From Nitrospirota bacterium (GTDB taxonomy: Bacteria > Nitrospirota > UBA9217), in contig CAVVOB010000019.1 in NCBI GenBank assembly GCA_963749655.1, positions 64,001 through 128,000 on the forward strand: DNA of 64,000 bases, in the 5' to 3' direction. The notes beneath the pieces are model-generated. The model had not been told where the DNA came from, searched no databases, and was given only the letters and a program-made list of their open reading frames with translations. Below are positions 42,844 to 53,322 of the stretch, piece by piece (position 1 is the first letter of the stretch; each line of letters begins with the position of its first letter). The translations under genes were made by a program, and so were the position numbers.

Positions 42844-44316
42844 TCAGGTCGTATTCCTCATCGGGATCTTCAGGCGCTGGCCCACGCGGAGCAGCTTCGT
42901 CGACCGGATGTTGTTCGCTTCGAGGATCCGCTGGATGCTCGTCCGGTAGCGCATTGCGATCAGGGACAGGGTCTCGCCTCTCCGGACGCGATGGACCACA
43001 TATTCAACCTTGGGCGGAGACCACTTTGTCATCGTTTCAATTGCAGCGAGAAGGGTCTCCCCTTTTCCGACCGGGACCTTGAGGGCATAGGCCGTATTCG
43101 GCGTTGCTCCGTACCTGAGCTCGGGATTCAGCCCGGCCAGATCTTCGGTATCAACACCCAGTTTGTCAGCAATGCTCTTCAGATGGACCGGACGCTCGAT
43201 CGTCACGGTATCGAAGCTCACAGGGCTGTCCGGCTGTTCAAGCGTGAACCCGTATTTTGCCGGGTCCTTCACGATAGCCAGCACCGCCAGGAAACGGGGG
43301 AAATAGCGGGCCGTCTCACGGGGGAGCCGTTCGTAGAAGTCCCAGAAATTGTCGAGGTAATTGATCTTCTGGTTCCTGATCACGCGCGCGACAGAGCCTT
43401 CGCCGCAGTTATAGGCCGCAAGAACGGTGGCCCAGTCGCCGAACATCGAGTGGAGCTCCTTCATATAGGCAATGGCGCCGTCGGTCGCCTTGTCCGGGTC
43501 CAGCCTTTCATCGATCCAGGCGTTCCTCTTCAAGCCGAACTTGTATCCTGTGGAAGGAATGAACTGCCAGAGCCCGAGCGCGCGCGAACGCGACAATGCC
43601 CGCACCTTGTACCCGCTTTCGATGAGCGGCAGCCACGAAAGCTCCTCGGGAAGGCCGGCTTCTTTCAACGCCTTTACCATGGCCCCGCGGTATCTGCCCG
43701 ACCGTTTGTAGGATTCCACGAAGAAATCGTATTCCACCGTCTGGAAGGACTGGATCTCCCGCTGCACATGATCGTTCATGGTCATCGGGATTGCCGTGTA
43801 GGTTCCGTCGACCGACGTCTTTCGCGAAGCGTACATCTCCATGATGCGCTTGGAGATCACGAACCTGAGGTCTTCCTTCTGCTGGGCGATCTTGGGATTG
43901 CTCCCTTCGGTCTTGAGCAGCATGGCATAGGCTTCGTCGAGGGTCTCGATTGCCGAATCCATGTCGCTCTCTTCCCAGTACTCCTGCGCCGTTTCGGTCA
44001 GCTCAAGCGCCGAGTCCAGCAAAGCCTGCTGTTCGTCGTCGATCGATTCTTTCTTGCCGTTCTGGGGGGCTTTATTCGCGCGGGGCGCTGTCGCCGCTTC
44101 TGCTGAAGCCATTTCAGGCTCCTCGGGAGCCGCTGCAAGAGGAGCTGGAGCAGTCTCTTCATCGATGACTGCCGAGGCAGGGGTCGAGGCCTGCAGGCTT
44201 GAAGAGCCGTTTAGTGCGATCGAACCTGCCGGTACATGGGGATGACTGCAGCTGAACAGAAATACGAGGGAAGCAGGAAGAACAAGGGAACCGGATATGC
44301 GATAGAATAGTCTCAT
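42844..44316 (-). CDS. mltD: Membrane-bound lytic murein transglycosylase D-like (SLT + LysM), lipoprotein
   Basis: LFSC lipobox, LPLIESGY, GLWQFIP, LAAYNCGEG, ETARY, LysM HRVRRGETLS. Confidence 0.9.
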   Translation of the reverse strand: MRLFYRISGSLVLPASLVFLFSCSHPHVPAGSIALNGSSSLQASTPASAVIDEETAPAPLAAAPEEPEMASAEAATAPRANKAPQNGKKESIDDEQQALLDSALELTETAQEYWEESDMDSAIETLDEAYAMLLKTEGSNPKIAQQKEDLRFVISKRIMEMYASRKTSVDGTYTAIPMTMNDHVQREIQSFQTVEYDFFVESYKRSGRYRGAMVKALKEAGLPEELSWLPLIESGYKVRALSRSRALGLWQFIPSTGYKFGLKRNAWIDERLDPDKATDGAIAYMKELHSMFGDWATVLAAYNCGEGSVARVIRNQKINYLDNFWDFYERLPRETARYFPRFLAVLAIVKDPAKYGFTLEQPDSPVSFDTVTIERPVHLKSIADKLGVDTEDLAGLNPELRYGATPNTAYALKVPVGKGETLLAAIETMTKWSPPKVEYVVHRVRRGETLSLIAMRYRTSIQRILEANNIRSTKLLRVGQRLKIPMRNTT

Positions 44317-44401
44317 AAATTGGTCGCATAATAAACGATAGATGGAAAAAAAGCAAACCTAATTTCGCGAAGAGGCATAATTCTCCCTAGAGCGGGGTTG
44401 A

Positions 44402-44456
44402 GTGGAGCCCACTCCGGCATCCCGACCTGTCGGGACTAAAATTGACGCGACCTCCC
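44402..44456. repeat. 55-bp dispersed repeat, copy A
   Basis: GTGGAGCCCACTCCGGCATCCCGACCTGTCGGGACTAAAATTGACGCGACCTCCC; 54/55 identical to 49007-49061. Confidence 0.9.
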
Positions 44457-44616
44457 GCCTGCACCCGGCGTTTACGAGCGCGGATGCACGGAGTGCCAGG
44501 TGGAACTGCGGGATAGCGATCATTTGACAAGCAGTTCCATGGCCCGCTATAGTATAGTATGTTTGCCGGCGTGTGCGCTGTATTCAAGGTCACATTCTTC
44601 GGGAGCGCTTACTCTG

Positions 44617-45224
44617 ATGTTCGTATCTGAAACAATAAAGCCGATTCCCCCGGTCGCAAGAAGCGCTGCCGTGATCATTGCTGCCGCCTTATTCGTTCTG
44701 GCCTGCGCTGGACCCCGGCCTGAAGTCCGCATGGAAAGCAAAAGCAAACCGCACATCAGCGTTACGGCGCTTGAAAAAAGGGTCCATGAGCTGATCAACA
44801 AGGAACGCAGGAAACAGGGGCTTGTTCAGCTTCGCTGGGACGACGACCTCGCCGGCATCGCGAGAAGTCACAGCAGGGACATGGCTGCGCGGGGCTACTT
44901 CAGCCACAGCTCCCGGAAGGCCATGACATGACCTGGCGGTACAAGCAGGCCGGTTACGAATGCGGGATTACCGTGGGCAGGACGATCTATACCGGCGCCG
45001 AAAACATCGCCCTGAACAACCTCTATAATTCCGTAACCACGATCAACGGGAAGGCCTACTACGACTGGAACTCAATGGAGGGGATAGCCGTCAGCACGGT
45101 CGACGGCTGGATGAAAAGCCCCGGTCACCGGAAGAACATCCTTACCCCTCACTGGAGAAACGAAGGCATCGGGGTCTTCATCGCCCCCGACGACCGGGTT
45201 TATATTACCCAGAATTTCTGCTGA
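44617..45224 (+). CDS. CAP/SCP-domain lipoprotein, frameshift near 44925
   Basis: LAC lipobox, LINKER, ARSHSRDMA..YFSH, AENIA, WMKSPGHRKNIL, TQNF; TTGACA..TATAGT at 44524-44553. Confidence 0.88.
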
Positions 45225-45247
45225 AAACGGCTAATTGGCCTTCAAAC

Positions 45248-45275
45248 GTAGGGGCGAACGGCCGTTCGCCCCTGC
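45248..45275. repeat. GTAG-type REP
   Basis: GTAGGGGCGAACGGCCGTTCGCCCCTGC palindrome. Confidence 0.9.
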
Positions 45276-45286
45276 ATATATCACCC

Positions 45287-45820
45287 CTACGGATTGACAC
45301 GATCGGGATGGTTCTCATCCATTTCCCATTGAATCGGATTGTTTCGGATGTATTCTCTGATCCGGTTCATTTCTTCCGCGTTTCTCACAATATGTTCATA
45401 ATAATTGCGTTGCCATACGGGCGATCGCGGCGTCATCCGCATTTCATTGATCCGTTTTGTGACTGTAGATTTAAAGCCGGCCATGAACGATGACAACGAT
45501 TTCGGTTTCATTCTCGGTAAGGGCGAACTGCCGTTCGCCCCTACGACGTCCGCATGAATCAATACGATCCCATGGACATGGTTCGGCATGACGATAAATT
45601 CGTCCAATTCCATTTCTTTCCGGATCATTGACGACCGGTTCCATTCCTCTGCCACAATCTTCCCGTGTTCATTCAAACTAATGCTGTTGTCAACGACCTT
45701 TCCGAACACACATTCCCGATTCCATGTGCAGAGGGTGAAAAAATAAGCTCCTGATTGGGAATAATCATACAATCCCAGGCGTATTGATCGTCTATTATGC
45801 CTTTCGTGGTTAAAGGTCAT
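45287..45820 (-). mobile_element. REP-associated tyrosine transposase (RAYT, Y1/HUH)
   Basis: RRSIRL..YDYSQSGAYFFTLCT, MPNHVHGI (HUH), WQRNYYEHIVR, YIRNNP; flanked by REPs. Confidence 0.93.
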
Positions 45821-45838
45821 GGTATTAAACCATCCGCG

Positions 45839-45866
45839 GTAGGGGCGAACGGCCGTTCGCCCCTAC
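45839..45866. repeat. GTAG-type REP
   Basis: GTAGGGGCGAACGGCCGTTCGCCCCTAC perfect palindrome. Confidence 0.92.
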
Positions 45867-45916
45867 GAAATTGGCGTAAATCAACACAATCACCAAAACA
45901 TTGTTCGATACATCTA

Positions 45917-46300
45917 TCATCCCTTCCACGCAATAAAATCCATCTCCACGGCAACGTCCTTCGGTAGACGCGCAACCCCGACCGTGGCTCGTGCCGGCGG
46001 CTCGGTCGGGAAGTAAGCGCCGTAGACCTCATTCACTGCCGCAAAATCCGCCATGTCCTTCAGATAGATCGTTGACTTAACGACCCTGGCGATGGTGCAT
46101 CCGCTTGCCATCAGGATGGCCTTGGCATTTTCCATGACCCGCTTGGCCTGTACCTTGATGTCGCCTTCGACCACATTCCCCGTCTTCGGATCGATCGGTA
46201 TCTGTCCTGATACGAACACGAAACCGCCTGCTTCCACTGCCTGTGAATAAGGACCGATTGCCTGCGGAGCGTCTGCTGTTTTAATGATTTTCCTGCCCAT
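45917..46300 (-). CDS. ridA: RidA-family enamine/imine deaminase
   Basis: APQAIGPYSQA, FVSGQIP, PARATV.VARLP. Confidence 0.95.
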   Translation of the reverse strand: MGRKIIKTADAPQAIGPYSQAVEAGGFVFVSGQIPIDPKTGNVVEGDIKVQAKRVMENAKAILMASGCTIARVVKSTIYLKDMADFAAVNEVYGAYFPTEPPARATVGVARLPKDVAVEMDFIAWKG

Positions 46301-46426
46301 AAATACCTCCAGTTAATATTTAACTTAAACATTCAACTATTTGACATATATATATTATTTAAACTTAAAGTAAACCTTTATGATGGCGTGTCATTATTCT
46401 GTCATGCCGCCTTGCCATGGATTTGC

Positions 46427-46711
46427 TCAGAATCTGGACCCGGGTCTTTCGGGCTCCCTTTCCCTGCCTTTCTTATGAGTCCTTATTTCCTCCCGATATT
46501 CGGCTGCGACCAGAAACACCGTAACCAGGTATATAGCGATGAACGTAACGGTGACCAGCAGGCCTATGGCGAGGCAGACAAGGAAGGCATGATAAAACCC
46601 TATCCGCTTCCCGAAGAGGCAGCCTGTTACACCCAAGAGGATATAAACGAGCAAGAGTGCCCACAGGACTTGTTTGAGGTCGGAGAACAATGCGCGCAGG
46701 GGGCCGGTCAT
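46427..46711 (-). CDS. Small membrane protein
   Basis: Two TM segments, co-oriented between rel and ridA. Confidence 0.5.
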   Translation of the reverse strand: MTGPLRALFSDLKQVLWALLLVYILLGVTGCLFGKRIGFYHAFLVCLAIGLLVTVTFIAIYLVTVFLVAAEYREEIRTHKKGREREPERPGSRF

Positions 46712-46787
46712 AGATTTAGAGAAAGGCGGGCGTCAGGGGGGGGCTCCCCTGCCCGGAAACAGACGACTGGGACTAACGACGGAAATC

Positions 46788-48939
46788 CTACCCCGTCTTC
46801 ACCCTCTTGACGTCGAGAACGCCGTTGATCGTCTCGATATTCTTGATGATCTTGTTCAGGTGGTCGACATTCTTGATGTCGATGGTAAAGTTGAGCGTCG
46901 CCTCGCGGTCCTCGCCGGTGATCGCTTCGGCATGGGTGATGTTCGCTTCGGCCGCGCTGATGGACGAAGACACGCTGGCAAGGAGGCCGGGCTTGTCCTC
47001 GGTCCTGACGGATATCTTGACCGCATGGGCTGCTGTTTGCAGGTCGCCCCATGAGACGTCCACGAGCCGGTCCTTGTCAAAGGTGAGTTCGCCGACATTC
47101 GGACAGTCTGCGGTATGGATCGACACCCCCCGCCCGCGGGTGATGAATCCGATGACGTTGTCGCCGGGCACGGGATTACAGCACTTCGACAGGTGGATGA
47201 GCATGTTGTCCATACCGCTGATCTTCATGCTGCCGCCGGCGGGCTTCGCGGGTTTCTGCAGAGACGGCTTTTTGGGGACCGGCTCGACATGGGCCTTCTC
47301 GGGCGCCAGCTTGTTCGCCACCTGGTGGGCAGACACCTTGCCGTAACCGATGGCCGCCAGAAGATCGTCCAGGGAGTTGTGCGACATCTCCGTGGCTATC
47401 TGGAGCAGTTCTTCGGACTTTCAGGACCTTTGCGGGGCTGAGTTCGTGCTTCCGGAGGTCCTTTTCCAGGAGTTCCTTGCCGAGCAGGATGCTTCTTCTT
47501 CGCTCTTCGACCTTGAGCCATGCCTTGATCCGCGTTCGCGCTTTCGAGGTCTTGACGAACTTGAGCCAGTCACGGCTGGGCGTGTGGCCCGTCTGGGTCG
47601 TGACCTCGACCTTGTCGCCGTTCCTGAGCACGTGCTTGAGCGGCACGATCTTGCCGTTCACCTTGGCGCCGACGCACTGATGTCCGATGTCGGTGTGCAC
47701 CGTATAGGCGAAGTCCACGGGAGTCGATCCCTGGGGCAGCTCCTTGACGTCCCCGCGGGGCGTGAAGACGTAGACCACGTCGGGAAAGAGATCGCCCTTG
47801 ACCGTCTCCATGAACTCCTTGGCATCGGGCACGTCTTTCTGCCACTCCAGGAGCTGCCGGAGCCAGGCAAACTGCTGCTCTTCCCGCTGGCTCATCGCAG
47901 ACCGCTCCTTGTAGCGCCAGTGCGCGGCGATGCCTTCCTCGGCAAGACGGTTCATTTCCTCGGTCCGGATCTGGAATTCAACGCGCTCCCCTTTCGGCCC
48001 GATGACCGTGGTATGGAGGGACTGGTAGAGGTTGGATTTGGGAACGCCGATGAAATCCTTGAACCGTCCCGGCACGGGCGTCCAGAGGGAATGGATGAGG
48101 CCGAGGATGGCGTAGCAGTTTACCTTCGTGTCGGTAATGATGCGGACCGCGATGAGGTCGTAAACGTCGTCGAAGGAGATCCCCTGCTTCTGCATTTTCT
48201 GGTAGATGCTGTAGAAATGCTTCGGCCTCCCCTTCACCTCTCCCGGGTAGCCGTGTTCGGCGAGCTGTCCCTTCACGATCACGATGAGCTCGTTGATATA
48301 GGTTTCCCGTTCGATGCGGCGCTGGGAGACCTTTTTCTCGAGATCGCGGTAGGCCTCGGGGTTGAGGTAGAGAAAGGACAGGTCTTCGAGCTCGGTCTTG
48401 ATCTTCGAAATGCCCATGCGGTTCGCGAGCGGGGCGTAAATGTCGAGGGTTTCCTGGGCTATCCGTTTCTGCTTTTCAGGAGGAAGGTGTTTCAGAGTGC
48501 GCATGTTATGCAGCCGGTCGGCCAGTTTGATCAAGATGACCCTGATGTCCTTGGCCATGGCCACGATCATCTTCCGGAAATTCTCGGCCTCCCGCTGCTC
48601 GCGGCTCTGGAGCTCCATGCGGGACAGCTTGGTCATGCCGTCGACGAGAGCGGCGACCTCGTCTCCGAAGACGGACCGGATCTCCTCGTCGGTTGTTGCA
48701 GTGTCCTCGACCGTGTCGTGCAGCAGTGCGGCCGCTACAGACGCGGCGTCCAGTTTGAGACCGGCGATGATGGCCGCCACCTCGATGGGATGGTTCAGAT
48801 AGGCTTCGCCCGAGAGGCGCGTCTGCCCCTGGTGGACCTTCGCCGAGAAGATATAGGCCCGGCGCAGCAGGTCCACGTCCGCATCGGGATTGTAGGATTG
48901 GATCCGCTCGACTATGTCTTCGAGGCGAACTACGGGCAT
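46788..48939 (-). CDS. Bifunctional (p)ppGpp synthetase/hydrolase RelA/SpoT, frameshift near 47420
   Basis: LLHDTVEDT hydrolase, LADRLHNMRT, YQSLHTT, EFQIRT, TGS domain, KCCNPVPGD, ACT domain. Confidence 0.95.
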
Positions 48940-49006
48940 AAGAAAAACCTCACACCTTTTTACCGCAGAGGTCGCTGAGGACGCAGAGAAAAACTGCAAA
49001 ACGGTT

Positions 49007-49061
49007 GTGGAGCCCCCTCCGGCATCCCGACCTGTCGGGACTAAAATTGACGCGACCTCCC
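49007..49061. repeat. 55-bp dispersed repeat, copy B
   Basis: Matches 44402-44456; nested inside 9-mer periodic inverted arms 48962-49206. Confidence 0.9.
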
Positions 49062-49255
49062 GGAACTGCGAACTCGCGCTTGCGTGACACGTTGGTGTCA
49101 CGCGCGAGTGAGCGCTTTCCACCCCCGGCAGGAGCCGGGGAATGCCAAGGCGCGGGATTGCCCGGAACAGACTTCTTTCCTCCGCGTTCTCTGCGTTCTC
49201 TGCGTCGAAAAGTCTGCTCTGTTGTTCAACCGTCACCGATCTCAGGATGTCGAAA

Positions 49256-51025
49256 TTATCTGTCGGGTTTGATGTCCTTGATGTCCAGTTCAAGCGTCGT
49301 CGACCCGTTCCAGACGTTCAACCGGGGCGTAAACACGGCCGCAAGGCGGGAGCCCTCCCGCACCGGGCCGCCGAGCAGGCTGCCGCGGTTAAAGGCTATG
49401 GCGCCCAGCACGGCTCCGTTGCCCTGGCGCACCCGGAACTTCAAATGGTTGTTGCCCACGATGCGGGCGCCGATCACTTCCAGACCCCGGGCGCCGAGCC
49501 TCGGCTCGGGATTGCCCTGGCCAAAGGGGGAGAGTTTGTCGAGCTCCTGCATCAGGTCCATGGTCAGTTCGTCCAGCGCCACGGGACCGTCCACGGACAG
49601 GGTCCGAACGAATCCCGCAGGGCCCATCCGCTCCTGCGCCACGGCATTCAAGCGTTCTCGAAAAGGGGTAATATTCTCCTCGGCGATGGTGAATCCGGCC
49701 GCGTACTTGTGGCCGCCGAATCCCAGCAGCAGGTCGGAACAGGCGTTCAGTCCTTCATAGAGGTCGAATCCGGGAACGCTGCGGGCCGATCCCTTGCCCA
49801 CGCCGTTCTGTACGCTGATCAGCGCCGTGGGGCGAAAAAACTCATCAACCAGGCGTGAGGCAACGATGCCTATCACTCCCGGGTGCCAGGAACCCGAGGA
49901 CAACACGATCGCACCCAGCGCCGCGGTATCTGCCTGACGGCATTGCTGCTTCGCATCAATGCTGATCGTTTCCTCGACGGACTGCCGCTCCCGGTTCACG
50001 GCGTCCAGGGCAGACGCCAGATTCATCGCTTCTTCCTTCGAATCGGTGGTGAGCAGCCGGAAGGCCATGTCCGCCCGCTCGAGCCTGCCGCTGGCATTGA
50101 TCCGGGGAGCGATGGTGAAACCCACGGTGCCGACGCCGACCCTCTTGCCGGTCAAGCCAGCTACCTGCTTCAGGGCCACGATGCCCGGCCGCTGCGACGA
50201 TGAATCCGACGACAGGAGCTCCAGCCCGTGCCTGACCAGTACCCGGTTCTCGCCGACGATCCTGCCCACGTCCGCAACAGTCCCCAGGGTGACCAGGTCG
50301 AGGAGGGACCGCATCATTTCGTCGTCCGCCCCCGCGCCGAGCATTGCCTGGGCAAGCTTGAATGCGATCCCCACGCCCGTCAGGCAGCTCACGGCATCGC
50401 GCTCCGTCGGAGATGCTGAGGGTACGGTGAGCGCCGGATGCAGGACGGCATAAGCGCGGGGCAGTTTGAGGTCCGGCGGGCAATTCAGACCGCCTGAACT
50501 CCGCGGTCCATGGCCTTCTATCTCATGGTGATCGGTGATGATAAGGTCGAGCCCGAGAGAGAGGGCCGCTTCGGCTTCGCGCAGGGCGGTCACGCCGCAA
50601 TCCACGGTAATGACGAGGGTGATGCCTGAAGCCTTGAGCTTGTCCAGCGCCCCGGCGTTCAGCCCGTAGCCTTCAGAGAGCCGGTCGGGAATATAACTGG
50701 TTACGTTCCCGCCCAGACGCTTCAGCACCAGGTACAACAGAGCCGTTCCCGTCACGCCGTCCACGTCGTAATCGCCGTAGACCGCTATGGGCTCCCCTTT
50801 TTCGATTGCGGCCCTGATCCTCGCTGCGGCGCGGTCCATTTGAAGGAACAGCGAGGGTCCGGTCAATGACGCGAGATCGCAGGCGAGAAACGACGTTGCC
50901 GCTGCAGGGTCGGTGATCCCGCGATTGACCATCAGCCGGGCTACGAGGGGGTGCAGCCCGGCCCGGTCCGAGAGCGCGGCCGTAATGCCGGCATCAGGCT
51001 CTGCAAGGACCCATTTCATGCTCAC
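49256..51025 (-). CDS. recJ: ssDNA exonuclease RecJ
   Basis: YGDYDVDG, TVDCG, TDHH, LGTVADV, PRINASGRL, GGHKYAAG, PFGQGNPEP. Confidence 0.96.
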   Translation of the reverse strand: MSMKWVLAEPDAGITAALSDRAGLHPLVARLMVNRGITDPAAATSFLACDLASLTGPSLFLQMDRAAARIRAAIEKGEPIAVYGDYDVDGVTGTALLYLVLKRLGGNVTSYIPDRLSEGYGLNAGALDKLKASGITLVITVDCGVTALREAEAALSLGLDLIITDHHEIEGHGPRSSGGLNCPPDLKLPRAYAVLHPALTVPSASPTERDAVSCLTGVGIAFKLAQAMLGAGADDEMMRSLLDLVTLGTVADVGRIVGENRVLVRHGLELLSSDSSSQRPGIVALKQVAGLTGKRVGVGTVGFTIAPRINASGRLERADMAFRLLTTDSKEEAMNLASALDAVNRERQSVEETISIDAKQQCRQADTAALGAIVLSSGSWHPGVIGIVASRLVDEFFRPTALISVQNGVGKGSARSVPGFDLYEGLNACSDLLLGFGGHKYAAGFTIAEENITPFRERLNAVAQERMGPAGFVRTLSVDGPVALDELTMDLMQELDKLSPFGQGNPEPRLGARGLEVIGARIVGNNHLKFRVRQGNGAVLGAIAFNRGSLLGGPVREGSRLAAVFTPRLNVWNGSTTLELDIKDIKPDR

Positions 51026-51028
51026 TGC

Positions 51029-51220
51029 TTATCCCTTTTTTTCTTCGTTGTTCTGGTCCTTCTTGGCCGTCTGGTCCGCGTTTCCGTCCGAGAGGCCTTT
51101 TTTGAACCCTCGAATCGCCTTTCCGAGACCCTCACCGAGTTGGGGGAGCCGGCTGCCTCCGAAAATGACCAACGCAATGACAAGGATGATCGCCAACTCC
51201 GGCATTCCTAATCCGCACAT
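51029..51220 (-). CDS. tatA: Twin-arginine translocase TatA/E
   Basis: GMPELAIILVIALVIFGGSRLPQLGEGLGKAIRGFK. Confidence 0.93.
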   Translation of the reverse strand: MCGLGMPELAIILVIALVIFGGSRLPQLGEGLGKAIRGFKKGLSDGNADQTAKKDQNNEEKKG

Positions 51221-51783
51221 GCTGCCTCCTCGTATTCTTTCATCGTATTAAGATTGGTGAACGATCGCCGCAAAGGGTCAAAACGATCGATTTCCTGCTC
51301 CGTTATATATCGCACACGCAGCCGGTCGTAAATCTCCCGGATGCGCTGGCCCTTCGTTTTGATCTGCGTTTCAATGACCGGAAGCGCCGTTCTGCGGTAG
51401 ACCGCGTGAAGCGGCTCAAGGAACCCGTTGAATGAGGCGATAACGGCATCGTGGCCGTCGGACTGTCCCGCCATGAAGGCCAGGAGCTCCCGGTTAAGGC
51501 AGGGCATGTCGCAGGCCACGACGATATTGCAGTCGTCGGAAGACCGCAGAAGTCCTGAATAGATGCCCGTGAGCGGACCCCGCTGTTCGAATACGTCGGT
51601 CACCACCTCTGCGGAAAAGCCCGCATACCGGTGCGGCTCATTGGCCACAATCACAAGAGTGCCGCAGAGCGGCTTCAGCGACTGCAGCACCCGTTCGATG
51701 AGGGGAATGCCGGCAACCTTCAAAAACGCCTTGTCTGTGCCCATGCGCTTACTCGCGCCGCCTGCAAGCACGATACCCGTCAT
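51208..51783 (-). CDS. mobA: Molybdenum cofactor guanylyltransferase
   Basis: LAGGASKRMGTDKA, GPLTGI, VACDMP, EPLHAVY, FTNLNT. Confidence 0.93.
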   Translation of the reverse strand: MTGIVLAGGASKRMGTDKAFLKVAGIPLIERVLQSLKPLCGTLVIVANEPHRYAGFSAEVVTDVFEQRGPLTGIYSGLLRSSDDCNIVVACDMPCLNRELLAFMAGQSDGHDAVIASFNGFLEPLHAVYRRTALPVIETQIKTKGQRIREIYDRLRVRYITEQEIDRFDPLRRSFTNLNTMKEYEEAACAD

Positions 51784-51923
51784 GATTAAAATTACAGTAT
51801 TTACCGCAGGGTGTCAACTGCGAACTTGTAATCCCGGCGCACCGGTGCAGGAAAAGGTTCGTCGCGGAGACCGGAAGCAGGAGTCAAATGATCTCTTCTC
51901 GTTCCCATTCCGGCATCGGCTCA

Positions 51924-51952
51924 TTGATTTTCACTTTCCCGGCCGTTATACT
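51924..51952 (+). promoter_or_regulatory. Putative sigma70 promoter of copper operon
   Basis: TTGATT-17 nt-TATACT ahead of AGGAGG RBS. Confidence 0.55.
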
Positions 51953-51991
51953 TAGACTAAGTCGGACGTTATTGTGCTCCAGGAGGTTGCA

Positions 51992-52919
51992 ATGAGCATT
52001 TCCCATAACTTTTTCGCGAAAGCAGCCTGTCTTGTTCTGGTCACGGCACTGGCAATAACGCCGGCGACGTCCCTGGCTCACGGCATAGCGGGTCAGCGAT
52101 TCTTTCCCACGACCTTCGCCGTGGACGACCCCTTTGTATCCGATGAATTCTCCCTGCTCTACGGTCGCATGAGAATGGTCGGCGATGCAGGCGGACCGGC
52201 GATCGACGCTGATTCGCTGTCAATAGAGCTGTCCAAACGCATCACCCCGCTCTTCGGGATCACCCTTGCTGAGACCTATCAAAATCTCCATACCCTCGGC
52301 GACGGAACAGCGCGCGGTTGGGGCAATCTCGAAGCCACGGCAAAATATCAATTCTTCACGAGCGAGGAGCATGAAACAATCCTTTCAGCGGGGGTAACCG
52401 GAGAGATCGGCCATACAGGAGAGCCGGCAGTATCGGAACCGATCTCGACGATCTCGCCTGTTCTCTATTTCGGCAAGGGATTCGGCGATCTTCCGGATGC
52501 AGTCGAAATACCTCAAGCCCCTGGCAATAACCGGCGTCATCGGCCCTAACTTACCTTCCCGGAGCTACACCGACGATGTCAAGAACCCTGCAACGCTCAC
52601 CTGGGCCTTCTCGGTCCAGTACAGTCTCCTCTACCTTCAGTCTTTTGTAAGCGATGCGGGCTTCGGAGCTCCCTTCAACAGGATGGTGGCCATCGTCGAA
52701 TTTCCCATGGAAACCTGTTTGAACGGGGACTGCAAGAACCAGACGACGGGGACCGTGAATCCGGGTTTTGCCTGGATCGGAAAACGCACTGAACTCGGCC
52801 TTGCAGCACAGATACCGGTCAATGACCGCTCGGGCTCGAATGTCGGCATTTTCGCCCTGTTCCATCTTTTCCTGGACGATCTGTTCCCGACCGGCATAGG
52901 AAGGCCGGTATTTCCATGA
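51992..52919 (+). CDS. Exported putative outer-membrane protein of CopCD-type clusters, frameshift near 52500
   Basis: Signal peptide with predicted mature N-terminal His (A-HGIAGQRFFPTTFAVDDPFV), beta-strand pattern, translationally coupled to copC. Confidence 0.65.
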
Positions 52920-53305
52920 GCCAGGGATCAGGTCATGAAACTGCAAGGAAAGCGGTCCTTGTCATGCTGGCGCTGATCTGCTTCCTGCCCGGCCGATCAT
53001 GGGGCCATGCTTTTCCCGACCACGCCGACCCCAAGGTGGGTTCAACAGTGGCCGCCCCGCCGGCGTTGGTCCGCATCTGGTTCGACAGCAGGCTCGAACC
53101 CCTGTTTTCAAGCCTCATGGTCCATGATGCAAAGGATGAAATGATAAGCAGGGGATCGGGACGGGTCGATGAAGCCGACCCCACCCTTCTGGAAGCGGAC
53201 CTGCCTCCGCTGCGGCCGGGGACCTACCGGGTGATGTGGAGCGTGGTGTCGCGGGACGGACACCGGACATCGGGATCATACACCTTCACGATAAGATCGC
53301 CGTAA
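52916..53305 (+). CDS. copC: Copper resistance protein CopC
   Basis: Mature N-terminal HA, W.VVSRDGHRTSGSYTFTI. Confidence 0.92.
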   Translation: MSQGSGHETARKAVLVMLALICFLPGRSWGHAFPDHADPKVGSTVAAPPALVRIWFDSRLEPLFSSLMVHDAKDEMISRGSGRVDEADPTLLEADLPPLRPGTYRVMWSVVSRDGHRTSGSYTFTIRSP

Positions 53306-53322
53306 CGCAGGGAGTAATCATC

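Noticed and set aside
46339-46365. Second dif-like sequence ATTTGACATA-TATATA-TTATTTAAACT
   Set aside because: One base short of the 11-6-11 spacing with a poor XerC arm, inside an AT-rich stretch containing TTGACA; more likely promoter DNA or chance, though an indel error cannot be excluded.
47176-49293. N-terminally extended RelA/SpoT as given in the ORF track
   Set aside because: The extension reads through intergenic repeats; the conserved protein starts at ATG 48939 after a GAGGT RBS.
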